A stretch of 64,000 nucleotides of DNA. Origin: a virus (taxonomy: Duplodnaviria; Caudoviricetes). The stretch's first letter is position 1, and each line of letters opens with the position of its first letter. Under the pieces are notes generated by a model. The model saw nothing but the letters and a program-made list of their open reading frames with translations, searched no databases and was not told where the DNA came from. The position numbers and the translations under genes were made by a program. Positions 16,852 to 26,580 of this stretch are shown piece by piece. The DNA is taken from positions 1-64,000 of the IMG/VR virus record IMGVR_UViG_3300021255_002056; one strand, written 5' to 3'.

Positions 16852-17577
16852 TTAATTGACGCCACCCGTGGTTGGATATCCGTCTTCGTTTGTGAATCCG
16901 AAATTTAACACATTAAAAGTATCAAAAGTGGCATTGTACTGTGCTTCCAATAAGTGTATTCTATCCTCCAAGCATTTTGCTAATAAATATACCGTCCCTT
17001 GTGCAGTGCTATTTGTGGCACCAATAAAAATTACATTTTGACCTTTTAAAACAGCAGAATAGATTTCGCTATATTTTTTATTCAAAGTGTACGCATTCGC
17101 AATTGGGTTCTTATCAACTTCAACAATTAAGCCTAATGCAGAAGTAAAACTATCATTTACTTCAAATTTTTGAACTTTTTCATTAATTTTCAGCGAATAT
17201 GTCCCAGTTTCGGCGGTCATAACGTTGGTAGCACCAAAGAGAATGTCAATATAAACTGGAAAATTTGTGAAACTTGGATCTGTTTCTCCAACTTCGCCCC
17301 AATATTCGCCATCTTCTTCGCTATGTACGTAAGGCAATGTGTAATTCTCTCCGTTGAAAGTTACAGAAATATCTGATTTAGGAAGGTCACCTTGCAAAGT
17401 AATTATTGCTGACGGAAAAACCCCCCCATCTTCAATTGTCGTTACTTCTCCATCAAATAAATACATTTCATTAACAGAGTAGATTCCCCCACCTGTGGCA
17501 ATTCCATCCTCCATGTGGTTCAACTTTTCTTCAGTGATTAAATCACCTGTGTTCCAAGTCTGTTTTTCGTAAGCCAT
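16852..17577 (-). CDS. YxKQTW-family virion accessory protein 1
   Basis: MAYEKQTWNTGDLITEEKLNHMEDGI N-terminus. Confidence 0.7.
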   Translation of the reverse strand: MAYEKQTWNTGDLITEEKLNHMEDGIATGGGIYSVNEMYLFDGEVTTIEDGGVFPSAIITLQGDLPKSDISVTFNGENYTLPYVHSEEDGEYWGEVGETDPSFTNFPVYIDILFGATNVMTAETGTYSLKINEKVQKFEVNDSFTSALGLIVEVDKNPIANAYTLNKKYSEIYSAVLKGQNVIFIGATNSTAQGTVYLLAKCLEDRIHLLEAQYNATFDTFNVLNFGFTNEDGYPTTGGVN

Positions 17578-17815
17578 TAGTTTTTCCTCCATTTTGATTT
17601 TTATAGTCTTTGCGAAACTAAGTCCTTTGTGGTGTGCTGGTAAGATTTAGTCATATAGAAAGGAGATTACATGAATGTGCCAAACGCCAAGAAATGAGCA
17701 TTCATGTTATATGGTAAGAATCAAAAGAAATAACTTGCCCGCAAAGAAAGGATAGCCGCAACATACCAGCACACCATAAAAGACAGCTCCCTCAGCTAAG
17801 TGAAGGAGCTTTATA

Positions 17816-18592
17816 TTAATCTAATTTATTTCTAAAAGTTGCAGTTCCTTCTTTTACAATGACAGCTGGTTTAAAAGTCGGTGCCGCTTCGAGCTGAGGT
17901 ACTACATAATAGACAAAAAAGCCTTGACAATCATTTGCCAAATATTGTTTGCCACTCGGAACGGATGCTTCGTCCGCAGGTAATACCGTTTTAATTTTTC
18001 CTTTTACACAAAGCAATAAATTCAAATCAAAATCATTAACATATACCCAATTATTTGCGATAACATCATTCAAATCTTCACTAACTTCTATAAAATCAGC
18101 CGTGTCATTGTTGATCTTGAATACTACATCATTTCTTATATTAACAGGGATAATTACGCTATTAATCTTTTCTTTAAACTCGCTGTTTATTTGCAGATCT
18201 TCATCTTTAATCGTCAACGAATGCGTTCCGGCTTCCGATGTAAAGAGCGAATATCCATTTATATCTAGAGAGATATTTAATGGGTAGTTCTCAAAAGATG
18301 GGCCGTCATCTCCACCTTCGCCATAGAAAACCATCATGCCATCATCATGATATGGCAACAAGTATTCTTTTCCGTTAAAAATAACTTTTAAATCGCTTTC
18401 TGGCAGTTGTTTTGTTGTAGTAAAAGTTCCGTCATTGAACCCTCCGCCGTCAGCTGTCGTCACTTCCCCATCGAAATATGTTACATTCTCAACAGAGTAG
18501 ATTCCACCACCTGTAGAAACACCATCTTCAATATGATTAAGTTTCTCTTCAGTAATTACATCACCTGTGTTCCATGTCTGCTTTTCGTACAT
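17816..18592 (-). CDS. YxKQTW-family virion accessory protein 2
   Basis: MYEKQTWNTGDVITEEKLNHIEDG. Confidence 0.7.
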   Translation of the reverse strand: MYEKQTWNTGDVITEEKLNHIEDGVSTGGGIYSVENVTYFDGEVTTADGGGFNDGTFTTTKQLPESDLKVIFNGKEYLLPYHDDGMMVFYGEGGDDGPSFENYPLNISLDINGYSLFTSEAGTHSLTIKDEDLQINSEFKEKINSVIIPVNIRNDVVFKINNDTADFIEVSEDLNDVIANNWVYVNDFDLNLLLCVKGKIKTVLPADEASVPSGKQYLANDCQGFFVYYVVPQLEAAPTFKPAVIVKEGTATFRNKLD

Positions 18593-18608
18593 TTATAGGT
18601 GTCCTTTC

Positions 18609-18980
18609 TTACATAACGCCGCCACCGCCATCGTCAGCAATAGTGAGTTCTGGATATCCATCCTCAAAGCTTGTAGAATAACTGATTACATTAGTGTTGC
18701 CAATTATGTGTGCATTGATGATAAAGCCATTACCATTTTTTGACGCAACAAACCCAGTTACAAAACATTGGGATTCAACACGACGTATCATTACGATAGT
18801 GCCACTATCATAAGCATTGCGGATTTCTTTATATGTTTTGTCTAAGGTAGAACCGATATCTTCATTATAATTTTCATTTACAATAAGAACTCCACCTGCA
18901 TTGGAGATGCCATCCTCAATGTGATTAAGTTTTTCTTCGGTGATTACATCTCCTGTATTCCATGTTTGTTTTGTGTACAT
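18609..18980 (-). CDS. YxKQTW-family virion accessory protein 3
   Basis: MYTKQTWNTGDVITEEKLNHIEDGI. Confidence 0.7.
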   Translation of the reverse strand: MYTKQTWNTGDVITEEKLNHIEDGISNAGGVLIVNENYNEDIGSTLDKTYKEIRNAYDSGTIVMIRRVESQCFVTGFVASKNGNGFIINAHIIGNTNVISYSTSFEDGYPELTIADDGGGGVM

Positions 18981-18998
18981 AATATTCTCCTTTATTAA

Positions 18999-19340
18999 TT
19001 AGTGAATATCGCCACTACCATCGTCTGGATATCCGTCTTCTGTCGCTGTGTTATATGTATTACCATTGCCAAACATAACAACAAATGGTTTTACAGATCC
19101 GTCATCATTAGTGATCTGAATCAAACTACTGTAAGTTTCGCTGCCAGAATTAAGATCAGCGGAAAATAATAAAACTTTCGCACCGTTTATGTATGCATCA
19201 TGAATTTCTTTCCACGTTTTATCTAAGGTGCTTTTTGATGCGCTTTCATCATAATTACAATTTACAATAAGAACTCCACCACCTGTATTATTAAGTTTTT
19301 CAGCGGTGATTGTTTCACCTGTAGTCCATGTGTAAGCCAT
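18999..19340 (-). CDS. YxKQTW-family virion accessory protein 4 (shortened anchor)
   Basis: MAYTWTTGETITAEKLN. Confidence 0.65.
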   Translation of the reverse strand: MAYTWTTGETITAEKLNNTGGGVLIVNCNYDESASKSTLDKTWKEIHDAYINGAKVLLFSADLNSGSETYSSLIQITNDDGSVKPFVVMFGNGNTYNTATEDGYPDDGSGDIH

Positions 19341-19360
19341 TAATTTTTCCTCCAAATTAA

Positions 19361-19687
19361 TCAAAGAAGACCTTTATCTTGAAGGTCTTTGACTTCATGC
19401 TTAATATAACTGTTCTGCTTCTTGCCAATATAAAGATCGTATTCTTCAAAGAAACGTTTCTTACTGATCTCGTCAAGAGGCTGCCCAGTTCGTTTAATTT
19501 CAGATAATTCCTGAACCAAGAAGTTCTTAATTCCCTGCATTTCAACTTCGTCGATTCGTTTGTTTAAAGGCTCCAAAGCCTTGTTTACTGCTTTCTTTAC
19601 AGAGTAGTAAATCGTAGCTAAGGAGCCTACTAAAGCAATGATGAATTTTGCAGCATCGCTAATATTGCCTAATGTAATATTTTCCAT
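19361..19687 (-). CDS. lysis-module membrane protein (holin-associated)
   Basis: One N-terminal TM then coiled coil; next to the endolysin. Confidence 0.55.
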   Translation of the reverse strand: MENITLGNISDAAKFIIALVGSLATIYYSVKKAVNKALEPLNKRIDEVEMQGIKNFLVQELSEIKRTGQPLDEISKKRFFEEYDLYIGKKQNSYIKHEVKDLQDKGLL

Positions 19688-19705
19688 GGTTTAATCTTCT
19701 TCCTT

Positions 19706-20626
19706 CTATATAAATTTCTTGACAATTTCAGCAATCTGCTGCATGCCTTCTTTGTAACTATCACGTTCGTTCTTTAAATTCGTGACAGCATCTGTAATTG
19801 TTTGTAGTGCTTTAGAAATATCAGTATCAGTCTTCTTCGGGAGGAAATCTGTAGTGATATCAGAGCACCATCTATCTTTAGAAATCTCGTACCAGTATTT
19901 AATATCTTCGCCTCTTTGCTCTTTGTAATACTTTTTATCTGCTTCAGAAGTATTCTCAATAGCGTAGACATTATAATATCCAGTATCTACATGACCCACA
20001 ATCGTTCCAGATAATGAAGGACTTGTACGAATTCTAAGACTTGTATCTGTCGTTCTGATCTGGTCAACTGTTTCATTTCTCTCAACTGATGGAATCTTAT
20101 TTGGCATAGACAAAATATAAGCAGGCTGTGCACCAACTTTTCTATTCATTTTGTCTAAAGGCCATTCATGATACATTCTTGAAGGATAATTCTTCTCGAA
20201 ATACTCAGATACCTGCTGAAGAGAAGTAAAACGAGACCTAGTGTCATACGATCCATCGGATAAAGTAGATACGCCGTTTTCTCCAGTATAAAAAGAACCC
20301 CTAATCCAAGGAGTTCCGTCCACTATTTTGAAAACTCGACCTACATGTGGAACTGCGGTCCATTCAATTACATCGCCAACCTTAAGTTTAGAAAGATCAA
20401 ATGGAATTAAGTTCCAGTCATTTGTTAAATGTTCATGCCAATGCGAAGCGCCAACAACTTTTGAAACCGGTCTAGGAGTTCCTGTAACACCACAATCGCC
20501 AATTACAAATGTAGTGCAATCCGGTAAACAATCTTCTATAGTTGCTACTGGATTAAATGCTGGATCCCAGAAGTAGTAATGGTATTCTCCACCGTATTTG
20601 ATCTTATCTAATGTGAGATCTACCAT
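19706..20626 (-). CDS. putative endolysin (CHAP-like Cys/His peptidase + SH3b + coiled coil)
   Basis: LPDCTTF (Cys), GASHW, GD.IEW...PHV; SH3-like LRIRTSPSLSGTIVG. Confidence 0.65.
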   Translation of the reverse strand: MVDLTLDKIKYGGEYHYYFWDPAFNPVATIEDCLPDCTTFVIGDCGVTGTPRPVSKVVGASHWHEHLTNDWNLIPFDLSKLKVGDVIEWTAVPHVGRVFKIVDGTPWIRGSFYTGENGVSTLSDGSYDTRSRFTSLQQVSEYFEKNYPSRMYHEWPLDKMNRKVGAQPAYILSMPNKIPSVERNETVDQIRTTDTSLRIRTSPSLSGTIVGHVDTGYYNVYAIENTSEADKKYYKEQRGEDIKYWYEISKDRWCSDITTDFLPKKTDTDISKALQTITDAVTNLKNERDSYKEGMQQIAEIVKKFI

Positions 20627-20630
20627 AGAT

Positions 20631-21050
20631 TTAACCCTGCCCTTCTAGATCGATAATGGCTTCCTGTACTGTTGGTATTTTATTGGCATTTTCGACAATT
20701 TTATCAAGATCAACTTGACGTTTAATTCCTGCATATTCATATACATTCTGAATCAACTTAGCTGCCCAAACTAAATAGACACCACGTTTTGTGATGTCTA
20801 CTGCCTGAGCTAATGTGTAAGTTGTTTCTCCGATCGTGATTTCAAATTCTCCACCAAATATCTGTGATGCAGCAATAAGACAAAGAATTGAAACCAGCCA
20901 AAGAGCGTAACTGCATATGCCATCAATCAGCTCTTGTTTATTATAAGAGCCGTCTTTACGAGCTTTCATTACTCCTGAAGCTGTATTACCAGCCATAAGA
21001 AGCGTTACAGCCATGCCAAAATATAAAAATGATGTTACATCAAATTTCAT
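20631..21050 (-). CDS. holin
   Basis: GNTASGVMKARKDGSYNKQELIDG resembles holin family 4; 2-3 TMs; upstream of the lysin. Confidence 0.65.
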   Translation of the reverse strand: MKFDVTSFLYFGMAVTLLMAGNTASGVMKARKDGSYNKQELIDGICSYALWLVSILCLIAASQIFGGEFEITIGETTYTLAQAVDITKRGVYLVWAAKLIQNVYEYAGIKRQVDLDKIVENANKIPTVQEAIIDLEGQG

Positions 21051-21117
21051 AGTAACGACTCCTTTCTTTTTTAAATTATTTATTATTTACGATATTAGGT
21101 GTAAGCAATTAATGTTC

Positions 21118-21621
21118 CTATTCATCATCGGATGATTCACTAGGTGCAACAACAGCTGTACCTACAACAGCTGTACCTACTACTGCGCTGTCGCCGGAAT
21201 CTGATTTGCTATCTCCAGGAACAAAGCCCATAAGATCCTGATATGCTTCACCTGAGAAATGATTACCTACTTCATAGAATCTCTTAGTCAAAGATGTATC
21301 ATTATACTCTAAAAATTGAAGAGTTTCTGTTTTCAGATCTTCATATTTCGTCATCGATGTGCCGTTACCTAAAGTAACAGGAACTACTTCATCTAAGTAC
21401 ATTGCTAAGAATTCGTTATCAGTAACCGGTTTCTTAAACTCAGCGTCTTTGAATAAGAATGTGTTTCCGTCTTCTTCATAGAAGTAAACGATCTGCGCCA
21501 TTGCATGGACGTCATCTGTAAATTCATAAATCAGGCCTTTGAATTTGTCACGCATATCTAATGAAGTAGCTTCATTAAGCATTTCGCTAAAACTCTTACC
21601 TGTAATCGTGCTGTTTGCCAT
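21118..21621 (-). CDS. putative virion protein with C-terminal AVVGT repeats
   Basis: SAVVGTAVVGTAVV tandem 15-bp repeat. Confidence 0.5.
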   Translation of the reverse strand: MANSTITGKSFSEMLNEATSLDMRDKFKGLIYEFTDDVHAMAQIVYFYEEDGNTFLFKDAEFKKPVTDNEFLAMYLDEVVPVTLGNGTSMTKYEDLKTETLQFLEYNDTSLTKRFYEVGNHFSGEAYQDLMGFVPGDSKSDSGDSAVVGTAVVGTAVVAPSESSDDE

Positions 21622-21649
21622 ATAAATCCTCCTCTATTTTGATTTTTCA

Positions 21650-21745
21650 CTATCCGATTGTAACGGTAGTGCCATAAGTATTAGCTGTCTCAACGTAAGG
21701 AATCGCTTCGACAGTAATTTGAGATAAATGAGTCGTAATTAGAAT
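21650..21745 (-). pseudogene. remnant of a tail-associated gene C-terminus
   Basis: LSQITVEAIPYVETANTYGTTVTIG* with no intact upstream frame. Confidence 0.4.
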
Positions 21746-21960
21746 AAAAAATGAGGAATTCGCTGTGTGCACTATTTTCCGGATATGTGGAATAACCAGA
21801 TCAGCAAGGTTTTACAGTTTTATCAGGCAAATATAAGCATGCTATACGCATTATTGTCACTATAAAAAGTAGACCTAAAAATGCTTTGCCATGATCCCAT
21901 CCGAGAAAAATCTCTTATATGTAGGCCCAACCTCATTACCTTATTTACTTAAAGTCTTTT

Positions 21961-22308
21961 CTAACCGAACGATTTCGCAGGATAGCCAGTTGGTGAATTG
22001 GCCATATAATCTTGTTCTCCAACAGTGACAATATATTCGTTAGAATCGCTGTACATTCCTACTGAATTCACAATAGTAAGTCTTGTCACGAATATGCCGG
22101 TGTTTACCTCTATGTTGGCAGCCATACCAACTAGCTTTCCACTCATTAAAGCGTTTTGAATTTCTTCCCATGTATGATTTAAAGTTCCATTTTCATCTTC
22201 AGTAAGGACTAATGAACCTCCAGCATTTGCGATTCCGTCTTCAATATGATTGAGTTTCTCTTCTGTGATTACATCACCTGTTGCCCATGTTTGTTTTTCG
22301 TAAGCCAT
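21961..22308 (-). CDS. YxKQTW-family virion accessory protein 5
   Basis: MAYEKQTWATGDVITEEKLNHIEDGI. Confidence 0.7.
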   Translation of the reverse strand: MAYEKQTWATGDVITEEKLNHIEDGIANAGGSLVLTEDENGTLNHTWEEIQNALMSGKLVGMAANIEVNTGIFVTRLTIVNSVGMYSDSNEYIVTVGEQDYMANSPTGYPAKSFG

Positions 22309-22311
22309 TTT

Positions 22312-23439
22312 CTACTCCTTATAAGGTCTTTTGGTGTATCCAGTCTTACATACACCACATTCTTCGTTATTCTTAATCAACTGAGCAGAAACCGGATCAT
22401 TCTCCATATCTTCCCAAATATCATAAATATGATCTTCATCGTATTCATCATCATGAATTTGGTCAAAGAATTCTTTAATGCCCATTGCAGGAATAATACC
22501 AAGCATAGAGCCAGATCCCCATTTATCAGTAGAGATCATCGAGAACATTTCTGAAAGTACTTGCTCAGAAATATCATTCTCTATGCGTTTATAACACTTG
22601 TGATAGAACTTTTTGACGTATTCCCAGTTTTGTTTAGCGAATACAGGCTGTCTAGCAAGTGTCTCAATATAGTAATAATAAAGCTGGAGCATACATGACA
22701 CGGTCCATTGTGTGGCAGCACCAGAGAATGGTTTCTGCCGCCTGACGTTTTCAATAGCGTAAATCATGTTGTCTGTCCAGCCGCATAAGCATTGGTCGTA
22801 AGCATACTGACCGTCGTTGATTCTAGTAATACTGTTTTCTTTATTATGCCAGTAGTACACAACGTCGGTGATGTAGCGTACTTGTTCTCCAGGATTATCG
22901 CAAAGAAGCTTTACCCATGTATTGAATCCGGTATCTTCGTTTGCACGAGTTTCATTGAAATGGATTTTATAACGGTCGATAAACTCTCTGCGATAAATTT
23001 TTCCGAACATCCAAACCATATCATTTCCATGTGGAAGCATCTGCTGAAGATTTTCTCCAAGTTGCATAAACACTGCGGAGCAGCATTTAATGCTTGGATC
23101 AGCCTTAATGCCCTCTCGCAGCGTTTCTAGTGCCAAAGCTCCGGCAAACGTATCATCGGCATCAATACAAGTAAAGAACTCATCCTCTGTGTTATCAATA
23201 CCGTACTGCCTAGCGACACCTGGACCTCCATTTTCTTCAAGCTTAATTTCTTTAATACTCATGTATGGTTTAAACATTTTTACCAATGCCTGATAATCCC
23301 CGTTCGGGCAGCAGTCGTTAACGATCGTAACATCAAGATCATCTAAAATCGACTGCGCCGCGATTGAGGATAAAGTACGTAATAAAGTTCCCTGCGCCTT
23401 ATACGCAGGAATGATAATATCGATTCTATTTTTCTTCAT
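22312..23439 (-). CDS. glycosyltransferase family 2
   Basis: IDIIIPAYK...VNDC...NGGPGVARQYG...IDADD (DxD)...EDTGFN. Confidence 0.9.
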   Translation of the reverse strand: MKKNRIDIIIPAYKAQGTLLRTLSSIAAQSILDDLDVTIVNDCCPNGDYQALVKMFKPYMSIKEIKLEENGGPGVARQYGIDNTEDEFFTCIDADDTFAGALALETLREGIKADPSIKCCSAVFMQLGENLQQMLPHGNDMVWMFGKIYRREFIDRYKIHFNETRANEDTGFNTWVKLLCDNPGEQVRYITDVVYYWHNKENSITRINDGQYAYDQCLCGWTDNMIYAIENVRRQKPFSGAATQWTVSCMLQLYYYYIETLARQPVFAKQNWEYVKKFYHKCYKRIENDISEQVLSEMFSMISTDKWGSGSMLGIIPAMGIKEFFDQIHDDEYDEDHIYDIWEDMENDPVSAQLIKNNEECGVCKTGYTKRPYKE

Positions 23440-23456
23440 GCGGGCTTCCTTTCTTT

Positions 23457-26400
23457 TTACAATCTGTAAATACGATACAAATATATATTGTATTTTGCAT
23501 TAAACCATCTGATGTTAAGTAAATTTGGAGTTAAAGAATTATCGAATTTTTCTTCATAATATACTATTTCGCCCATTAAGCTATTGTTTGGATATGCAAT
23601 AGCATTACTAGCGTTCTTAATAGCATCTAACATTTGCGAATTTTTCGAATAAATATTTAATATTTTATTTGGATCATGAGAAATAAAGTAATTATAAAAA
23701 TTACTATTCACAGCAGATGATGAATTATTAGGCAATGTTATATCCGTCATGTTAGTGCATCCAAAAAACATGTGATCTCCAAAATTACCGCAATAGTCAG
23801 AAATAAAAATATTTTGGCATAAATTTGAACACCCAAAAAACATTTCTCTTGCATCATTAATACCTGACGGTAAATAAATATTCTGATTTAAAGCTTTACA
23901 ATTTTTAAATGTACCAGCAAACGAGTAGTTCTTAGCATTTGGGAATACTATATTTTGATTTAAATTTACACAGTTTTCGAACATATAAGGAGCCCAAACG
24001 GTGCCATTAGTATTTGATACTGATTGATTAAAAAAGTTAAAGATTACTTGCGAATTAAAATTTGTACAGTCAGATAATGCATGATCAAAATTAAAGGCAC
24101 TATAAGTAGGTTTATGTACCTCAAATTTAATAGGTACATTTAATTTTGTGCATCCTTTGAAAACATACATATATTGTGACGCGTGATATGCGTTTATATT
24201 GTTGGTCATAAAACTTATTGGTGAATTAAGATTAATGCAATTGGCAAATGTGCTAACATATATTGCCTGTGAAGATGCTGTACTTTTTGGAATATTTAAA
24301 AATGATATTGGTTTGTTTAAACTTGAACAATTCTGAAATAATCTAGTAAAGTCTGTACAATTACATTCAAACAGAATATCTTGATCTAAATTTGAGCACC
24401 CATCAAATGCTGCTGCTATATTTCTCACATTACTTGGAATACGTATATTCTGATTTAATGCTATGCAGTTTGCGAACATACCATATATTGAATATTTTTG
24501 CCCAGTATCAGGAAGTTTAATATTCTGATTTAGATTATAACAATTCGAGAACATCCATTGCATATCATTTGCATAAACTGGGATTTGAATATTCTGATTC
24601 AGATTATAGCAATGCGAGAACATGGAACATAAATTTACAGCATTATTTGGAAGATGAATATTTTGATCTAAACTATGGCATCCATAGAACATTCTATAAC
24701 TATTACGACCGTAAGAGGTATTTACAAAATCTGGTAATTGAATGTTTTGGTTAAATGAGTAACAATTTTCAAATATATAATTTAAAGTTAAGCAATAATC
24801 ATTTGGAAAAACAAAATTTTGGTTAAACGACTGGCAATTTAAAAAAGTATTTTGAAAGCTTACATTTTGCAGATGTGTTTGTGGAAAAACTACAGGCTGG
24901 TTAAAAGATATACACGAATTAAATAAACCATGATACCCCCACGTCGCATTTACCACACTAGGAATATTGATAGGCTGATCAAATGACGTGCACCCTGAAA
25001 ATACAAGCATAAAATCATCAACAACTTCTTTGTTAAATATTATTGAGCTATTTAAATTCGAACAACCACTAAACATACCGGTAACACTTGAAGCATTAAC
25101 AACAAACGGCTGGTTTAGAACACTGCAATTTCTAAACATATAATCTGCATCAACTATTCCATTTGGTATACTAATTGGCTGGTTTAAACTAGAACACCCG
25201 TCAAACATCGAATGGGAGTCGCTAGTCGCACTAGGAATTTGAATATTATAATTTAAACTTATACAGTTTTCAAATAAATACGCTGTACTTGCGGTTGAAG
25301 GAATAAAAACATTTTGATTAAAATTCTTACAACCAGAAAAAATACCGACAAGATTTCCATGATTAGGTAGCTCTATATTAATATTAAAATTATCGCAATT
25401 AGCATACATAAAAGAATAATCATTAACAGAAGTGCTATTTAGTAAAACGCTTTTAAAATTACAGTATTTACAATTTTTATATACGCGAGCTGCATTTATA
25501 ATTTTTTTAGCGTTTTCATAATATGGTTCTTCTGAAATGCTAGTACCGCAAAATGCAGCATAAACAGAATCAATATTATCATGTATATACGTATTTTGAT
25601 TAAAATTACTGCAATCTAAAAACATAGAACTTATCGAATTAACATTCTTAGGTATTTCAATATTTTGATTTAAATTAGTGCAGCTTGAAAATAACGAAAA
25701 AACATTCGTTACTGAATCAGGAATTTTTATATTTTGATTAAAATTCGTGCAATTCCTAAAAGCGCCCCATATCGAATATCCATCAACATTATCTATTTCT
25801 GGAAAGCGTATATTTTGATTTAAATTTGAGCATTCGCTAAAAATTAAGGACAAAGTCAATCTTGATGCATGCATATACTCTGGAAAAATTAAATTCTGAT
25901 TAAAATTTGTGCAACTATCAAACATTGACTGAAATGTTATTGTATTATTAGCAGATAAATGCTTTGGAAAAATAACGCTACGATTAAAATTCCTACATCC
26001 GCCAAACATACCCTCTAACTGAACACTAGCATTAGAAGAAATATACTCTGGAAAAATAAAATTTTGATTAAATTGCGTACATTGGTCAAGTATTCTCAAA
26101 AATGAAACGTTATTTTCAGTAGATATATTTGCTCTAAATAATATTTCATTATTAAAAGAACTGCAACGCCAAAATGCACGTTCTGCGTTTTCTATTGGAC
26201 CTAAAAAGTTTATTTCACTATTTAATTTTCCGCAATTATAAAACGCATTTGAAATACTATATACATTTTGCGGTATTTTCACTGGTTTATTAAACTGCTG
26301 GCAATTATATAATAAATGTGAACAGTTTGTTACACTTTCAGGAAGGGTTATTTCACGATTAAAAGAGGCGCAACTAAATACTTGAGCTTTTTTAGTGCCA

Positions 26401-26564
26401 TTCGGAAATGCGATTCGTCCATTCCAATATGTACTATTAGTGATAAATACTAAATATTCGTTATTAGCTGGTACGTTATATCCATAATTTCCGTTTACAT
26501 CAAATATAATAGAGCATCTTAATCCATTTCCGGAATTTGATCCGAAATTTATTGCAAAACTCAT
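23457..26564 (-). CDS. DUF285/BspA-like leucine-rich repeat protein (putative adhesin)
   Basis: Dozens of 22-28 aa MFxxCxxLNQNIxxP repeats. Confidence 0.8.
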   Translation of the reverse strand: MSFAINFGSNSGNGLRCSIIFDVNGNYGYNVPANNEYLVFITNSTYWNGRIAFPNGTKKAQVFSCASFNREITLPESVTNCSHLLYNCQQFNKPVKIPQNVYSISNAFYNCGKLNSEINFLGPIENAERAFWRCSSFNNEILFRANISTENNVSFLRILDQCTQFNQNFIFPEYISSNASVQLEGMFGGCRNFNRSVIFPKHLSANNTITFQSMFDSCTNFNQNLIFPEYMHASRLTLSLIFSECSNLNQNIRFPEIDNVDGYSIWGAFRNCTNFNQNIKIPDSVTNVFSLFSSCTNLNQNIEIPKNVNSISSMFLDCSNFNQNTYIHDNIDSVYAAFCGTSISEEPYYENAKKIINAARVYKNCKYCNFKSVLLNSTSVNDYSFMYANCDNFNINIELPNHGNLVGIFSGCKNFNQNVFIPSTASTAYLFENCISLNYNIQIPSATSDSHSMFDGCSSLNQPISIPNGIVDADYMFRNCSVLNQPFVVNASSVTGMFSGCSNLNSSIIFNKEVVDDFMLVFSGCTSFDQPINIPSVVNATWGYHGLFNSCISFNQPVVFPQTHLQNVSFQNTFLNCQSFNQNFVFPNDYCLTLNYIFENCYSFNQNIQLPDFVNTSYGRNSYRMFYGCHSLDQNIHLPNNAVNLCSMFSHCYNLNQNIQIPVYANDMQWMFSNCYNLNQNIKLPDTGQKYSIYGMFANCIALNQNIRIPSNVRNIAAAFDGCSNLDQDILFECNCTDFTRLFQNCSSLNKPISFLNIPKSTASSQAIYVSTFANCINLNSPISFMTNNINAYHASQYMYVFKGCTKLNVPIKFEVHKPTYSAFNFDHALSDCTNFNSQVIFNFFNQSVSNTNGTVWAPYMFENCVNLNQNIVFPNAKNYSFAGTFKNCKALNQNIYLPSGINDAREMFFGCSNLCQNIFISDYCGNFGDHMFFGCTNMTDITLPNNSSSAVNSNFYNYFISHDPNKILNIYSKNSQMLDAIKNASNAIAYPNNSLMGEIVYYEEKFDNSLTPNLLNIRWFNAKYNIYLYRIYRL

Positions 26565-26580
26565 TTATACACCTCCTCTT

